Shown here: piece by piece, positions 11,964 through 24,499 of the stretch
Layout of the letters: every line of letters begins with the position of its first letter
How positions within the stretch are numbered: the first letter of the stretch is position 1
Origin: Guillardia theta CCMP2712
Taxonomy: Eukaryota > Protista > Cryptophyta
Assembly: GCF_000315625.1 (NCBI RefSeq)
Contig: NW_005434636.1
Coordinates: forward strand, 62,001-126,000
Direction of reading: 5' to 3'
DNA length: 64,000 bases
The notes under the pieces: model-generated
Told to the model about the DNA's origin: nothing
Database searches by the model: none
The model's input: only the letters and a program-made list of their open reading frames with translations
Position numbers and translations under genes: made by a program

Positions 11964-14900
11964 CTAATGATTCGCACTTGGGAAAGAGAGGGAGGATTTC
12001 GGTCGCTTGCTCTGAGGAGTCTCCGCGTCCTCCTGGCAAGAAAATCATTACTATCATCGCCACCACAACCACCACCATTTCACATAATCATAATCACCAT
12101 CACGAATCATCATCATTACCATCACGAATCATCATCATTACCATCACGAATCATCATCATTACCATCGCGAATCATCATCATCACCATCACAACAGCTTC
12201 GTTCAACACTTACCTCGACCATATGGCGAGCATCTCTCTTTGGCGTATTTTTGCAGCCATTTTCATCACCCACAGAAATAGACGTCGAGAGATTTTGAAG
12301 AGACTTAAGATCTCTTATCTTCTTTTCCTCCTGCACAATCTTGGTGCAGTGTCCTTTGATCTCCTGCCGGCAAACATCACAAATCACAAATCACTTTCAC
12401 ACTTGTCTCACTGACCTGCAGCAGATTCTCCATCGACTCCGCTGCCTTGTACTCGTGCTTGAGCGCCTGCTGCGTCCTCGATCTCCAGTCGTTCGCGACT
12501 CCCAGCACGTTTCTTGTCGTGTCATCCACTCGCCTTCCGATGATTCTCGTCCCATCCCACGTCAGCACGTCATTGGGCGCGTCAAGTCCCACAGCCAGCT
12601 CGCCTCTAGCAGCACGATAGCTGGAGGCCTTCTCTTGCTCGTCAAACACCACGAGCCTGTCGAAGAAACGACGAGCAAGACTGCTCAGACCCGCCACCTC
12701 TGCCGTCGGCCGCACGAACTTGCTCGCCCTCCCCAGGGCTCCCGGGACCTCCTGTGCTTCAAGCCCCTCTTCATTGAGCCCCTCCAGGCACAGGGCGCGC
12801 ATGGTGACGTCGTTGGGTCGGCGCGCAACCTTGTCAAGGAAGTCGTTCATGCGGCTCCTGGAAGCGAAGACGAGGGTGGAGAGCTCGAAGCCGAAGGCTG
12901 TCGACATGGCGGTCTGAAGCTCCAACGCTCGCCTGTCATCGATGAGAAAGAGGGAGGCAACACAGCCAAGACAGTTGCTGCTGCTCTCGCGAGGAACGTT
13001 TGCCTCGTGCTTGCAGGAGGGAAAGACTGTCCTGTTGATGCGACTCGTCTCCTCCTCGTTGTGTTGCATGCAGCCTTGTGCGACTGAGATCCACTCCTCA
13101 CACAAGCTGACGCGTTGATTTACGTCCTCCATGTTGTTCAACTTGCGGGAGAATTCCTGGATTCGATTAGACAAGAAGCTGTTGAGAGGCATCTTCTGCA
13201 AGCAACCAGCAATCTTGTGCTTGCAGCTGGCGATCTCGTTCTCACTCTCTGAGATCTCTTTCTCTCTGTTCCTTGCCTCCTCTTCTTCCTGCGCGACTCC
13301 AGCGTCCACATCAGGCATGTCGCTGTCTGTTGCCGTGTCGTTGAAGTACAAGTTGACCGGCTTGCCGCAAGTCGTCATAGCAAGATCGAAGTTGCTCTCG
13401 GCGTTGAAGTTGACATTGCATAGCAATGGGTGGCCTCCCTCCGGCTCTCCAACTGGGATGAGCTTGAACCTTGACCGCAATCTGGAGGAGGAGGAAGAGA
13501 GTTGGATGGGGTCTGCCTCAATCGCGAAGTATTCCTCTTCCAATACGCTCAAGGTGATGGTCATCTTCCAGTCAGCACCATCATGGAATGATGTCAGGTT
13601 GCCATTCCCGTCGACTGCCTGGGCATTGAAGGTGAACTCATTGCTCCTGTCCCCGCCCACAAGTTTGATTTCCGTGATGCTGAACGAAGCCACTGGACCT
13701 GGACGACAAAGTTACAAAGATGCGAGCTGCAACAGATGCGTCATGATGGAAGGAGGCGATGACGAAGAAGGGTCGGTCATGTTGTATGGAGAAGGGCGAG
13801 AGGAGGAGCCGTTACCTGGTTCAACTTTGAGCTTCAATTTGTTCGACTGGTGTTGCTCGGTTGACGAGTTGCAGGGTCTGCTATCCTTGAACTCCGCCTT
13901 CACATCCATCCACCCCACCTTGTCCAGGAAGAACTTGCACTCGAGCTGCTTGCCATCGAACTTCCCGAAGGTAGTCGCCACCTCCTCCTTCCTCCGAGAG
14001 CCGAACATGCAGAGTTTCACGTCCGGAATTTCGGAGTTGGGGTCTTTCAAAGGCTTCCCGTCCTCCGTGTGGAAAATTATCCGAGCAGTGAACTCAGCGT
14101 CGAGCTTTCCTGACTCACGTTTTGCAAGCTTCTGCGTTCTTTCATCAACTTGCAACTCAAGTTGCTTGACTGTGTTGCCAGCAACAGCGATGACGCGCAA
14201 CTCAAGAGGTTTCAAAATCTTGACATTCATCGACTCGACTTGTACCGTCATGTTGTGTTTGCCTTTGGGCAAGGGAGGAAGGTGCGTCAGTCTGAATGCT
14301 ACCTCTCTTCCTTCCTCTCTCCATTTCTCCAAGGCTGGGAGTTCTCGTTTCCCGATGTTTGCCTTGACAACTGTATCCCAGGCGTCAGACAGGTTGTTCT
14401 GTAGTCTGTCTATCAGTTTGAAACGGATGTCACAAGCGTATTCAGCGTTGTAGGGGATTTCTAGTGGAAACAGGTCGGAGGTATGGTAGTCCTTGTCCAC
14501 GACGATGGAATATGGCTTTCCAACCTTGAGATCGACGTTGTGCTCTAGAGCTCGAAGGAGAAAGCACTTGTCACTTCGAGAGGCCGGCCTGATTGTCATC
14601 TCCATCATCAGCTTGCCCGTGGTTGCTTTGCATTCGATGACGACGTTCTTCAGCACGAAATGAGAATTGTGCAAGGCAAAGTTGCCTTGACCTCCGTCGA
14701 GGATCTCTTCAAGATTGTTGTTCCAAAACTTGACCTCGATCTCCTGCCGGGCGTCTGTCTCGAACTTGAGTCGAGATGTTTGGAAATCGAACTCAAACTG
14801 CCTCAGGTTGTCGAACTGATTCCCGTTGCGATCGCAGACGGTACCGAGGAGAGTGAAGGGCTCTCCCACTACGATGGGCTTGTTTCCTTCTACTTCAAGC

Positions 14901-17900
14901 TTCAGCCTTGCCGGGTCCTCTCGCCGAACTTTCACCTTGAAGGACAACTGCCTCTCAGTCTGACCATACTTCACAGTCAGTTTGTATTCATCGTCTTTCT
15001 TCGCTAAGATCTGCGGGAGTTGCAATGTTGTCATATGTCCGGGCTTAAAGTTCAAAACTTGTTGTTGGCTCCAGTTACATCTGACTTGAACTTTCACGTC
15101 GCCAGAGCATGGCAGCAGCGCCTCGTCGCAAGCCTTGAGGTGGAGGTCCGCTATGGCAGCATCATGCTCTGCTTCAATCGTCTCTCTGTCCTCCCCCCCT
15201 GGCAGATGGAGAAGTTGCAAGGCGAGCCGCTTCGCTTGAGAGCCATCGAGACTCTCCGGTGAAGCAGCTGGTCTCGACTGTGCGAGAAGACGTCCAATGA
15301 CGCTCCAAGTTGTCGAGGACAGTCGTCGCATGGCGCGAAGTAGACGCTGTCGCTCAAAGCCCTGGGGTCAAGACTGTCCTTGAGGGATTCGTGAAGTACG
15401 AAGATTCTCCTGTGGAGGCTCATGGGGTCCAAGACCTCGCTAGCATCGGGCAAGGGCAAGAGGAGACGGGAGCTGTCTGAACGCTTGAAGTACTTGATGC
15501 GCCAAGTGTTCCCCCCTTGCTCCTTGCAGACTGACTCTATCCTACCAGGATGGTACTCATTTCTCCCTGTTTTTAACTTGAAAAGAACTTCCACCCAGTC
15601 CCCAACGCAGAAGAATCCATGAAAAGGGTTGAGAAAGCCGATGGGTTTGAGCTGCTTGGCGATCAATTCGTTCCACGTCTCCTCCAGCTCAACTCCTGAC
15701 TCATCTCTGTTTCTCTTTGTGAGATCCCAACTTCTGACAACACTGCACCTTGTTGCCTCTTTCTGACCTGATTCAGGGCTCAAGAAGTACAAACTCTGAA
15801 CTTGCTTGTCTGTCTGGAAGGTGTGCTTTCCGTGATTCACCTTGCCGCTGATGAAACAATCAGCAAAGTGGAGGTCAGCGCTCGTGAGGTACAGGATGGC
15901 ATCATCAACCCTCGTACACCTGTTCCCGAAACCATCCTGAACAACGCAGGTCAGCTCGGGGAGGACAGAGCGATTGATAAGCTCCAGCCCTTCGCTCTGC
16001 TCTACCTGCAGAGATTGCGCGGCTCCATGGCTGATCTCAATGTTGAAATGTGTCTCCTTACCCTCCCCGTCGTCCCTCATCACGACCAGTTTCGCTGAGA
16101 ACCTTCCGCATTTCTCGCTTTCCACCCTCACGATCTTCATCTGCATCGCGTATCCCTCGAACGTATGCTCGACGTCAAGCTTGACAAGACCCGATGCAAC
16201 CTCAATCTTGGGCTTGTGCGAGACCTTTGGCGGGATGGTGTTCTTGTACTCATCGTACAAGGTGACTTTGAACGAAGATTCCTTGCCATGCTCCATCTTC
16301 ACAAGATCTCTGTCTTCCAATTGCAACTCAACGTCCTTCACATCTCCTGGGTGAATTGTGAAGCGAAAAGGATCGCAAATGAGCGGGTTGCTGCTGTCCT
16401 GCTGCTGTACTGCGCGAACTGTGTACTGCCCAGCTTTTTGCAAGAAGTCGGCATCGGGAAGGAAGGGACTAAAGGTGTATCTGAGCTTGAACCTCTGGTC
16501 TTCTCCTCCCTCTGGCGTCACTATCAGGTCGCATTCTGGTTCGACGGTGATGGACTTTCCTAGGTGGTTGAGGCATTTGAGCTGAAACGGAGAAGTGCTA
16601 TCACCAGCTGTGAACTTCTTGCTCGCATTGACAAATTGAACTCTGTGTACGATAGAGCACTTGTTCTTCTCCTTGCGAGCTTCAAAGTCCTCATCACTCA
16701 GTCGTTTCATGGACCAATCAGGGATCTCAAAGCGTTGGTCTTCCTCCAAACGATTGTTCTTCTCGAGGACGCGGCAAACAACTTTGCCCTTGCAACCTTC
16801 ATGATCATTGGTTGCCTTGAGAAACTTTACCACCTGCCCAACTTTAACGTTTTTAGGCTGCTTGGATCTTTTAAATTCATCTCCTTCAGACAGCTCAATG
16901 TAATCCCCAATCTTGTACTCATTACCACAATAATTGATCTTCTGATGCACAAACATCCCTTCTTTTTCACAGTACGTTGGCTCGTCTTCGAAGGTCAACT
17001 CGTCATCATACTTGCGGTGGCACAACCTCAACCACAGATGGTATGCATTGACAAGTTTGGTGTCGTTGAGAGCTTTGCGCAATTGGTCCAGGTAAGAATC
17101 TTGGCCATTCACGTTGTCGCTCAAACTAGTTTTGTTGGATTTGGGTTCGATACCTCTGTCGAGGAAGAGGATGCCAAATGTTCTCTTGAGGCATTTTACA
17201 GGAACCTTGCTCTCTGCTAAGTCCTTCTTCATAAATTCTGGCATGAATTGATCTGCTAGCAGCAACCTCCCCATCCAGAAAACCAGAAACCTTCTGTCCT
17301 CTCCAGACGAGTGTCCAAAGAACCGATCAACGTATTGAATGGTTTCCTTGTTGTCCTTGTTTGGGAAGTAAAAGAGCGCTCCCATCGCAATCGATCCACC
17401 CTCTTGCTGATCCACATTGCCTTTCTCCAGCTCTATGTGTATGGGAAAGCAATCCACGGCCGCGTCGCTCAGCAGCGTGTTCAGACAGGAAATGCTTTTT
17501 GACAGCGAAGCCTCCACTTCCTGTCTCAGTCCAGTCGCATCAGGATAGATCAGCTTGCAGCTGATATTCAAGCGAGGAGAAGTTTTCGCCCTCTTGCAAC
17601 CTCGCATGGCCTCTTGCAGCTTGCGCTTGTCATCTTCCATCCTCTTCACTTCAGGTTTCGTGTTCATTCGTATCTTGTTGAGCCCTTCTCTGTGAACGCA
17701 AGTATCATCCAACAACTTGAGGATTTTGCGGGCTACAAAGTGATATCCGGGCATCTTGTCACCAAGGAACATGAAGTATATCATTCCAAGATTATTCACG
17801 ACCTCCTCCCATCCTTGGAGCGTGCTTGACGAGCCTCCGGTTGTGAGCAGCGAAGTTTTGAACTGATCGATGTCGATCTTGCAGTAGCTCTTGCTAATTT

Positions 17901-18842
17901 CATCATCATCATCATCGATGTATTGCTCAAAGCTCTCTGCTTCCCATTTCTCCTCGTCCCGATCCGTGGTGGAGTGGATCAATGAACTTCCCTTGACCTT
18001 ACTCGCGATGTTGATGATTATGCCTAGGGAGTGGCCTGCTTTCTTCGATCCGACTCCATACCGTGAGAACATCCCGCAAGTGTACCTATCGAACGTCTTG
18101 CACTTGGGATTATATCTGTCTGATACCTCTGCCTTTTCAGATCCATACCGGAGCAATCTTTCCGGATCCTCACAGCCAACTCCATTGTCATGTATGGAGA
18201 AAGTTTTATCAATGACGTTGAAACAAATCACAATCGTTTTCTCATCCATTCCATTCCGCATCACCGCTTCGATCGAATTGTCAAGCAATTCAGCGACGGC
18301 TGACAGTAGCGAGTAGTCACATGTCGCGCCCTCTTTGAATCGTGGCTTTTCGGGAGCGGTGCTCATTATTCCCATGCAGACATCATTCACTGATGCGAGT
18401 AGAGGAAATCAACCCAGGCAGAAAGATCAGAAACCCATGATTGCACCAGTGAAGCTTACCGTCTTGTACGAAACGCAACCTACATTTCCCATTGCTTATA
18501 CACGAGTTGAGCTCGTCATTGTCCGCCAGCTCCCTCCCACGCCCAGTCGCGGCGCAGAGTTTGAAGCCCTTTAGACAACAAGCATCAGAAAACTTCAAAG
18601 CGTATGGATAATTTGTGGAGATTACCTCTTTTCCTGATAGTCCTAACTTCTTGTTCACTTCGGTCAAAATGTCCTGTAAACTCAGAGATGATTTGTATTT
18701 CAAAATGAGTGGGCTATCCAAGCCAAATTGTCAGCGAGAATCCACGAGTTTTCATCACTGACCTCGTGATGTTCGGGTTTTTCTCTTTGATTTTCTTAGA
18801 TGTCAATATTGTCACTTCAATGCTCTTTTTGTCCGTCGGCAT
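11964..18842 (-). CDS. SMCHD1: SMCHD1/GMI1-like protein: UBL - GHKL ATPase - transducer - BAH-like - Ig-like repeats (+ Tudor-like) - SMC hinge
   Basis: GHKL motifs AVAELLDNSIEA, IHDNGVG and FSRYGVGSKKA. SMCHD1-type transducer motifs FWMGRLL, RTFGILF, SNKTSL and WLRLCHRKYD. Repeated Ig-like VxDxxGN motifs. C-terminal hinge LGCVASLF...LVVFD...VLTWDG. Small 5' exons (18470-18842) encode a UBL-sized beta-grasp-like segment. Last exon ends at TAG 11964. Confidence 0.88.
12050..12190. repeat. Degenerate CAT-rich tandem repeat (CATCACGAATCATCATCATTAC units) in the last SMCHD1-like intron
   Basis: Three to four ~22-nt units seen directly. Confidence 0.85.
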
Positions 18843-20912
18843 ACTTTCGTCAAGCAAGAGAAATTCAAGTGGGTTCGCCTCCACCAAGATGCCCGAAAAC
18901 AGTGAAGCACGTGAGAGAGAGCACAGTGAAGAAAAGGCTAGGAGGGGATTTACAGTCAATCAGTTATCAGAGCAGGGCAACAAGACGAGTTGCAAGTGAA
19001 CAGACGCGGCAAGGCAGGAGGATGGGGAGAAGTAGCGGTGAGAACCTACGGGAAATACGGCAAGCGAGGTAAGAAAGTGTATCGGTTTTAGTACCAGATG
19101 GTTACAACATGTATTGGAACAGTACTCGGAATTTCTAATTATATTATTATTTTGTACCATCAATATGTTGGGCTGAGAATCTGTATTTCCACGAACTCAA
19201 AATTGCATCTGAAATATATTCAATCAAGTTTTACATAGGCAAATAACAACTACTTTTAGTATGTCGTCTTTTTATTAGCGTTTAATTCGGTCGCCCAGCC
19301 ACCTAGCTAACGCACCAGTCCTCAAGAAGTACCCAGAGAAGTACCCTGAGAAGTACCCCTCCTTTTGATATCAAAGTACCCATGCCTCTGGGTCCGACAT
19401 GAAATGGGTCGGCATGATTCCTGATGGTATCTGGGGCTAAGAAAAAGATGATCGAGGGGGTAGGGGTACTTACCCATACCCTACCAAACAGTATGGAATC
19501 TTTTATCCACCCCCACCCTCAGGATATCATGCTTGTCCTAGCTTGTGAAACCTTCTGGTCTGCCAACGCCAACGTTCAACACCACCACAGTCGAGAATTC
19601 ACCCCACCCCTCCTCTTAACAAGAGTTCGGATGGAAGAAGACGGGGTACTCCTGTCGGGCGATGGGGTCACTGAGACATCTCCAAGAGAGGGACAACGGA
19701 GGGGTGGTTCAGATTTTTATAACTAATTCGTACCAGAAAATTGGAGTCTATTGTGGGCTCCTGGGAATGTATGTGATAACTAATAATTCTTGTGGTAATA
19801 AATACCTCCAACTGATACACCAATTATGTAACAACACAATTTAATTTGTATATCTAAAACCTTTATAGCCAATCTGGCCATGAATCTTATAATATTTTTG
19901 CAGTAGATTACACGTTGGTCGTCGGCATCTAAAGGAAGTTTTGGCGGGAACAGACGCGTGAGAGGAAGAGGGAGAGGGAGGAAACGAGCAGAAAAACAAG
20001 GTCAATGGGGGACGGGCTGGCTGGGAACGTGGGGGGAGGAACAATCATGCGAGGATAGGGTACATGGTAAAGACGAGAGCAAAGGACAGATGGTTGGAGG
20101 CAAAGGAGGATGAGTGAGGACGTGGGTTACAGATGAGAAGCGTGAGAAAGTTCGTTTCATCAAGTTCGACAATGGAAGTCGCATGGTTGGGGCCTTGAGA
20201 GCAAAGAGAAAGTGAAACCGGGAGATCAAAAACGATGTAGCTCAAGGAGGCAAGATATAACATGGGCATGGGGAAGCAATCGTTCAGTAATGAGAATCAA
20301 ATGTTTGCGAGGGTTCGGCAGTGAGTGGATAACTGAGATAGAGGTGAACCCAAGATACGTCTTAGATCATTGAAGTCCATGACTTCAAAGAGAAATTGAA
20401 GATTTTTGAAGCCGGTGGTCATAGTTGCCGTCAAATTGATGTAGGGAGGGCAAATGAGAATATGCGAGAAAAACTTATCCAAGGGATAAAATAGTGTACA
20501 CAAGGAACATTAGTTGTGTAGGAAGGTTCCAGCGCACTCATGTGATGAGCTACCGTCTCGATGTCACAGATATGTAGCCGACTACAACATTTCAGGGATG
20601 ATTGCATGCAGGGAAGCCAAGAAGTAAAAGATGCCCGCAGTTTTTAGCCTTCTTCCACATTGGTTAGCACGGAATCAGAAAGTCAATCAAGTTCGGTGAA
20701 AGTTGATGCGAAACAGATGAGGAATTATATCATTTAGAAGCTGTTCAGATCAATCAGACATTTCCCTTGGTTCACTTGTGGAAAGTTTCAACTCAGTATT
20801 CAGAGTGAGGAGACGTGCAGAAAGCGTGATGATGAGAAATTAGTTTTCTCGACCATGTAGCCCTCGCTAACGGGCTATTCTCTGCAGTTGTCCGGAGCGA
20901 ATAGCTAGCACA

Positions 20913-21325
20913 ATGGCCGATGGGGAGAAGAAACCACCAGTGAAAGGCGAAGATGGCGGAGAAGGCAGCGAACACATCAATCTCAAGGTCAAGGGGCAGG
21001 TGCAATAATCAGCGAAGAATAGCAAGAAGAGCCTGACCTGTGCCTAGGATGGAAATGTTGTTCATTTCAAAATTAAGAGGAAGACTCCCCTCAAGAAACT
21101 GATGGAAGCCTATTGCTCCAGGCAAAGTTTGCAAATGGACCAGTGAGTTTGTTTCATATTTCTGATTCGAATCGCAATCATTGCATATTGGTGACCACGT
21201 TTGGCAGAATTCGATTCCTCTTTGACGGGCAAAGATTGCGTGAAAACCAAACACCGGAGGAACTTGACATGGAAGATGACGACGCAATTGACGCCATGCT
21301 TCATCAAATCGGTGGAACACTCTGA
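20913..21325 (+). CDS. SUMO: Small ubiquitin-like modifier (SUMO), 3 exons
   Basis: MADGEKKP...HINLKVKGQ|[26 protein letters not shown]...|[38 protein letters not shown]. Diglycine motif followed by a 2-residue propeptide. Confidence 0.97.
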
Positions 21326-22772
21326 ACTTGTCATGTTGAACTGCAGGACAACAAGATCAAGCAGTGTGTAAAACATTTTTGATGATAGCTTGCGAATTTT
21401 GCTCGTCTCCCAAAAACGAACTATTTAATCTGTGTTATTTGGAAAATTTGTCAAAAAGATCTACAAGCATGTCTGAAGCTGTACAGTCCTGATCCAGTGT
21501 GTTGGCTAATCAGGGTGAGTGTGGCTGACTCGAGACCATTGTTCCACTCTGAATCATGTGACGGCCGGCATCAGCACTTTGAAATGGTCAACTGGAACTC
21601 GGCGACTTGCTGGAGTCGGATATGCGGCCGGGCCGGGGGGGGCCGGGCCGCAGCCCCCGGCGGCGTCGTCGACTCGGAGTCCGATTGTGACTCTGTGAAG
21701 GTGACTGCGAGTGTCTGACTGCCGCACCGTCAGTCCAGGCGATCTGCCGGGCCACTCGGAGTTTGACATCCCAGTACAAAAAATAACTAGGGGCAGCCTA
21801 TACGGTCAGTTTTGTGACTTACTGAGTACCTAAAATTTACCTAAACCCATTTCCCTTGTACTGATACATTTACTTATTTATAGCCCTGTAGTAAGTATGA
21901 GCAAAGTGCATTTTAGTTGAGTCATATGTCCTAGAACTCTTTCTAGGACCATGTCCTATGAGCTAGATAGGTCTAGTCAAATCGATTCCATAAGACCCTA
22001 GGAAGTATCCATAGGTACTGTTGGATTTCCTAGGACCCTTCCACAAACTTGGGGAGACGGGGGTGGAACGGGGAAGGTAGGCTATAATGAAATGGGGTGG
22101 GGTAGTGCATAATTTTGAAACTCTTCTTCCTCCATTGAAAAATGACGCTGAGATTTGATGAAATATACGAAAGATTTCCAAGGAGGGGGGGAGAAGACGT
22201 TCCCCAGCTTCTGTTTTCCCCAATGGCGGGATCGTGGCATGCGCTGGACGCGGGGCGATGGCCAGAGAAGACATTAAGGGCAGAGAGGGAGAGACGGGAA
22301 AGCAAGGAAGAGAGCTCTATGAAGAAGAGAGAGAGTGGCTCTTGCAAGGATTGACGTGCTAGAGAGGAAATCTTTTGGGTATCAAAATTTGGGTGTGCTA
22401 AAAGTGACTGGAAAAGTTGACGTTGGTCAAGGTTCACGAGAAGTGATCATTCTTTGATGAGGAGGTTAACAACCTGAAGTTTGTTGCGGATGTTCACCAT
22501 ATGATAACTATGCATTGCTTGTCTCAGGGCTCGCCGAAACATTGATACTATTAGAAGCATTCAAGTCTTGTGTCGCGTTGTGTACTTGCCTGTGTGCCAA
22601 GTGTTGCTTCTGCTCGCGGTTTTTTCCATCCATGACCATTATTGTTGTCAAAACCTTTCTGAATAAGTAACTAACAACTCTGGTTTTTCTGGGGTATTGA
22701 TTGGCGGACAGCTTTGTGACTTGTTACTCTGACTTAGTCTGACATCTTGTCGTCTGGCAGGTTTGGTTGTAC

Positions 22773-24074
22773 ATGGTTGTGCAGGAAATGGGACTCAGCT
22801 TGAAGGAACAGATAACGATCACAGACAAAGAAAATGACATGAATGTCAGCATGCAGCATTTCTTGGCCTCGGAGCAAGGAGCTTGTGACATAATCCAAAG
22901 CATGAGTTTGAAAGAAGAGCCAGACACAAGTCAAACCATGTTCCTAACAGCCATCGGAGAGGAGAGCCACCCTTCAGATCTCAAGCAAGTGCCTGATCAG
23001 TCCATGTCTTCGGATCAGTCAGAAGGAAGCCGCCATCCTCGTCTTGAGCGGCAGATCTTTGTCGGAGGGTTGCCGACTGACGTCACCAACACTACATTCC
23101 GTGAGTGGGCCGACGAGACGTTTGCGGGGAGAGTGGTCAATGCTGTGCTGGTGAGTGAAGCATTGTGATGCACATTGAGAGATGATAACGAAATTGCCAG
23201 GTGGTGGACAGGCTTACACACTCTAGATCGAGAGGGTTTGGTTTTATCACCTTCGACTCAGTCGAGGTTCAAGTCTTCTTGGCTCTCGTTGAGAGATGTT
23301 GATAGATGCTGGCAGGTAGCAGAAGAAGCAGCAAGGCAAAGGTTGCTCGCTTTCAACGACAGGACAGTAGAAGTGAAAAGAGCTCAAAACATCAGCTCGC
23401 TGCAGAAGGGGAAAGAAGGACAAGCAACAGACAACACGAACAAAAAGGAAAGTACGAGGAAGACATCGCAGAAGACGGATCAAGCGTCTGCGAGGACAGG
23501 GAGTACAAAGCAAGGGAAGGGATGTGAAGTGAAAGGGAAGGGCTCTGATGGCAGCAAGCAAGAGGGAGGCTACTCCAGGCGAGTGTCACAAGGAGGGGGA
23601 CGAAGCTTGAATGGGAGGGAAGGACGTGCGGGGAGCAGGTTTGAGAATCGCAATGCCTACGAGGAGTCCTTTCAGGAGCGAAGATACGGCATCATGGATG
23701 TGGGGATGGGGATGGGGATGCCTCCTCTGCATGTGATGCCTCAGGCACAGAGCTGGGCTGAGATGCAGGGGCAGATGGGGCAGTGGATGGTGCCGCAACC
23801 GCAGGAGATGATGCATCCTGCCTGCTTCTACCCCGCTGGAGCGGGGGGGTACTACCCTGTCTACCCCCCTCTTCCTGCACACTGGCCATGGCCGATGGCG
23901 CTTCCCAACGAGATGCAGATGGGCTACAACGCATTTCCCTACCCCATAACTCCGATCCCTCAGGATATGAGTACCTTTGGTGGTGCTCCTGGAGCAGCAG
24001 TGAAGGATGGAGGTGAAAGAAAGCATAATGGAGGCCAGCCAGCGGCAGACAATCGCTCTCCCCCCGTGTTGTGA
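22773..24074 (+). CDS. Single-RRM RNA-binding protein (hnRNP A/Musashi-like RRM) with a Pro/Tyr/Met-rich low-complexity tail
   Basis: RNP2 IFVGGL, RNP1 RGFGFITF in the second exon, and VEVKRA at the domain end. Two short introns. Confidence 0.85.
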
Positions 24075-24499
24075 GACTCGAGGAGCAGAGCCACCAGCTG
24101 TCGCCTTCTACACCAGGACAGGAGCGTGAGGGCAAGAGTCGAACAACTTGAACCAGGACGGGAGGGACTAGGAGAACACGGGAAGGAAAGATCAGCATGC
24201 GTAGATGATGTAAATTCATGTAGACTTTGGCGTTGGAAACTGACTCGGTGAAAAAGATATTCTTGGCCATGAGCACACCCACCACTATTCGCTGATTTTC
24301 TCCCCGTCCATCCCGTCTCATCTCTCCCAGCATGTCCGTCTGTTTTCCTTCCCATCGCACCAGCAACATCATGAATCTCAATTATCACCTGCTCCTGCTC
24401 CTGCTCCTGCTCCCGCTCCCGCCCTTTGCTCCTCTCTACCACACAGCGCACGAGGTCCGTCATTTACTTTACAACGAGTTCACCCTCTCTCCCTTCCCT

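Noticed and set aside
12050-12190. ~22-nt direct repeats considered as a CRISPR-like array
   Set aside because: No unique spacers, intronic location, eukaryotic context and no cas genes.
13131-14453. 440-aa plus-strand ORF
   Set aside because: Antisense shadow of the SMCHD1-like exons; Ser/Leu/Phe-rich with no motifs.
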